A DNA stretch of 64,000 bases. It comes from Tolypothrix carrinoi HA7290-LM1 (GTDB taxonomy: Bacteria > Cyanobacteriota > Cyanobacteriia > Cyanobacteriales > Nostocaceae). The stretch spans positions 29,845 to 93,844 of the forward strand of contig JAHHIK010000019.1 in NCBI GenBank assembly GCA_019358935.1, read 5' to 3'. Below the pieces are notes generated by a model. It was not told where the DNA came from. It worked only from the letters and a program-made list of their open reading frames with translations, and ran no database searches. Below, piece after piece: positions 62,702 to 64,000 of this stretch. Position numbers and translations under genes: made by a program. The stretch's first letter is position 1. Every line of letters starts with the position of its first letter.

Positions 62702-63862
62702 TTGATGATCCAAAACAACGTCGTAGATAAGCCTGTAGTAACTAGTACTAGGCGTGAAGAAATTTGTCAGATTTTTGGCGAGACTTACAACCCCGAAACT
62801 TGGAATGACTGGCGTTGGCAGATGCGGCATCGATTGACTAAGCTGGAACACTTTCAGCAGGTACTGCGGCTCACTCCTACAGAAGAACGGGGGCTTGCGA
62901 TCGCACCAGACAAGTTTGCCGTAGCCGTAACACCTTACTTTGCATCACTGCTGGACCCGAAAGATCCGCTTTGCCCACTGCGGTTACAAGTGATACCACG
63001 GTCAGAAGAACTGGTGGTCGATGCCGCTGACATGGTAGATCCATGCGGTGAAGACCACGACAGTCCGGTGGCTGGATTGGTACACCGTTACCCCGACCGG
63101 GTGTTGCTGCTTGCCCTAGACACTTGCGCTGCCTATTGTCGTTACTGCACGCGATCGCGTTTTGTCAGCCAAGGAGAGATGTATCCAGTGAGACGACGGT
63201 TGGATGCGATCGTCGCCTACCTGGAAGAACACACTGAGGTACGCGATGTGCTTATTTCCGGTGGCGATCCGCTGCTGATGGCTGATGAACCTTTGGACAA
63301 ATTGCTTGGGCGACTGCGTGCCATTCCCCACATTGAGTTTGTGCGGATTGGCTCCCGCGTACCGAGTTTCTTGCCAACTCGAATTACGCCAGAACTTGTT
63401 GCTGTGCTACGCAAACATCGTGTGTGGCTGTCGTTGCACTTTTGTCATGTACGCGAACTTACTCCTGAGGTAGCACAAGCTTGTGATTTATTAGCCGACG
63501 GTGGCATCCCTCTGGGAAGCCAAACTGTGCTGCTGAAGAATGTGAATGACTCGGAACAAACGCTTAAGCAGCTGTTTCATAATCTGCTGAAGCTGCGCGT
63601 GCGACCTTACTATTTATACCAATGTGACCCTGTTGTTGGCACTTCACATCTACGGACGAGCGTGCAAACAGGCATAGATTTGATATCTAAACTGCGCGGT
63701 CATACCAGTGGTTACGCCGTGCCAACCTACGTTATCGATGCCCCAGGCGGTGGTGGTAAAGTGCCAATTCAAGCCGATACTCTGCTGGCTTACTCAAACG
63801 GCACAGCCAAATTGCGTAACTGGGAAGGCGAAATGTATACTTATGTAGATCCTGTTATGTAA
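62702..63862 (+). CDS. KamA-family radical SAM 2,3-aminomutase
   Basis: WNDWRWQ, HRYPDRVL, CAAYCRYC, SGGDPL, YYLYQCD, PGGGGKVP. Confidence 0.9.
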   Translation: MMIQNNVVDKPVVTSTRREEICQIFGETYNPETWNDWRWQMRHRLTKLEHFQQVLRLTPTEERGLAIAPDKFAVAVTPYFASLLDPKDPLCPLRLQVIPRSEELVVDAADMVDPCGEDHDSPVAGLVHRYPDRVLLLALDTCAAYCRYCTRSRFVSQGEMYPVRRRLDAIVAYLEEHTEVRDVLISGGDPLLMADEPLDKLLGRLRAIPHIEFVRIGSRVPSFLPTRITPELVAVLRKHRVWLSLHFCHVRELTPEVAQACDLLADGGIPLGSQTVLLKNVNDSEQTLKQLFHNLLKLRVRPYYLYQCDPVVGTSHLRTSVQTGIDLISKLRGHTSGYAVPTYVIDAPGGGGKVPIQADTLLAYSNGTAKLRNWEGEMYTYVDPVM

Positions 63863-63875
63863 ACAAATGTAAAAA

Positions 63876-64000
63876 TTGAGCCACTCCGCGACCTAAAGGT
63901 ACGCGGATTCAGGCAGGGATAGTTCTAACTTTTCGCTCTTTATCGCTATCTGGTTAGACTTTGTGCCTTCGCTGGAGACTCGCTCTAAGGGTGAATCAGA
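63876..64000 (-). mobile_element. Right end of another IS200/IS605-type element (runs off window)
   Basis: Minus strand GAATCCGCGTACCTTTAGGTCGCGGAGTGGCTCAA: subterminal hairpin followed by TCAA. Confidence 0.6.

Overview
Chromosomal segment from a heterocyst-forming (Nostocales-type) cyanobacterium. This is inferred from dense HIP1 octamers (GCGATCGC), 7-bp STRR tracts, and pcyA, devBCA, psbP and psbA. The backbone is mostly housekeeping: PP2C phosphatase, psbP, maf, pcyA, devBCA, malic enzyme, ppc, psbA, rsmG, sodA, mfd, rpiA and a KamA-family gene. Accessory DNA includes a CHAT/STAND/FGE-sulfatase protein, two toxin-antitoxin pairs, an orphan antitoxin-like gene, a tnpB-only IS200/IS605 element, a second IS right end, a TetR/GNAT islet, and many tiny palindromic elements, some nested or read in-frame. 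The most notable signal recurs at three loci (9.3-11.1 kb, 27.5-30.6 kb, 51.8-52.1 kb): single genes or short inserts sit between about 35-350 bp diverged direct repeats copied from the neighbouring target. No integrase or transposase accounts for these, and HIP1 sites lie at a breakpoint or at an exact 42-bp period. Also seen are a nonsense-truncated carbonic anhydrase and two canonical NtcA promoters, one pointing antisense. No rRNA, tRNA or CRISPR array was recognised. All calls are by eye, without database searches.
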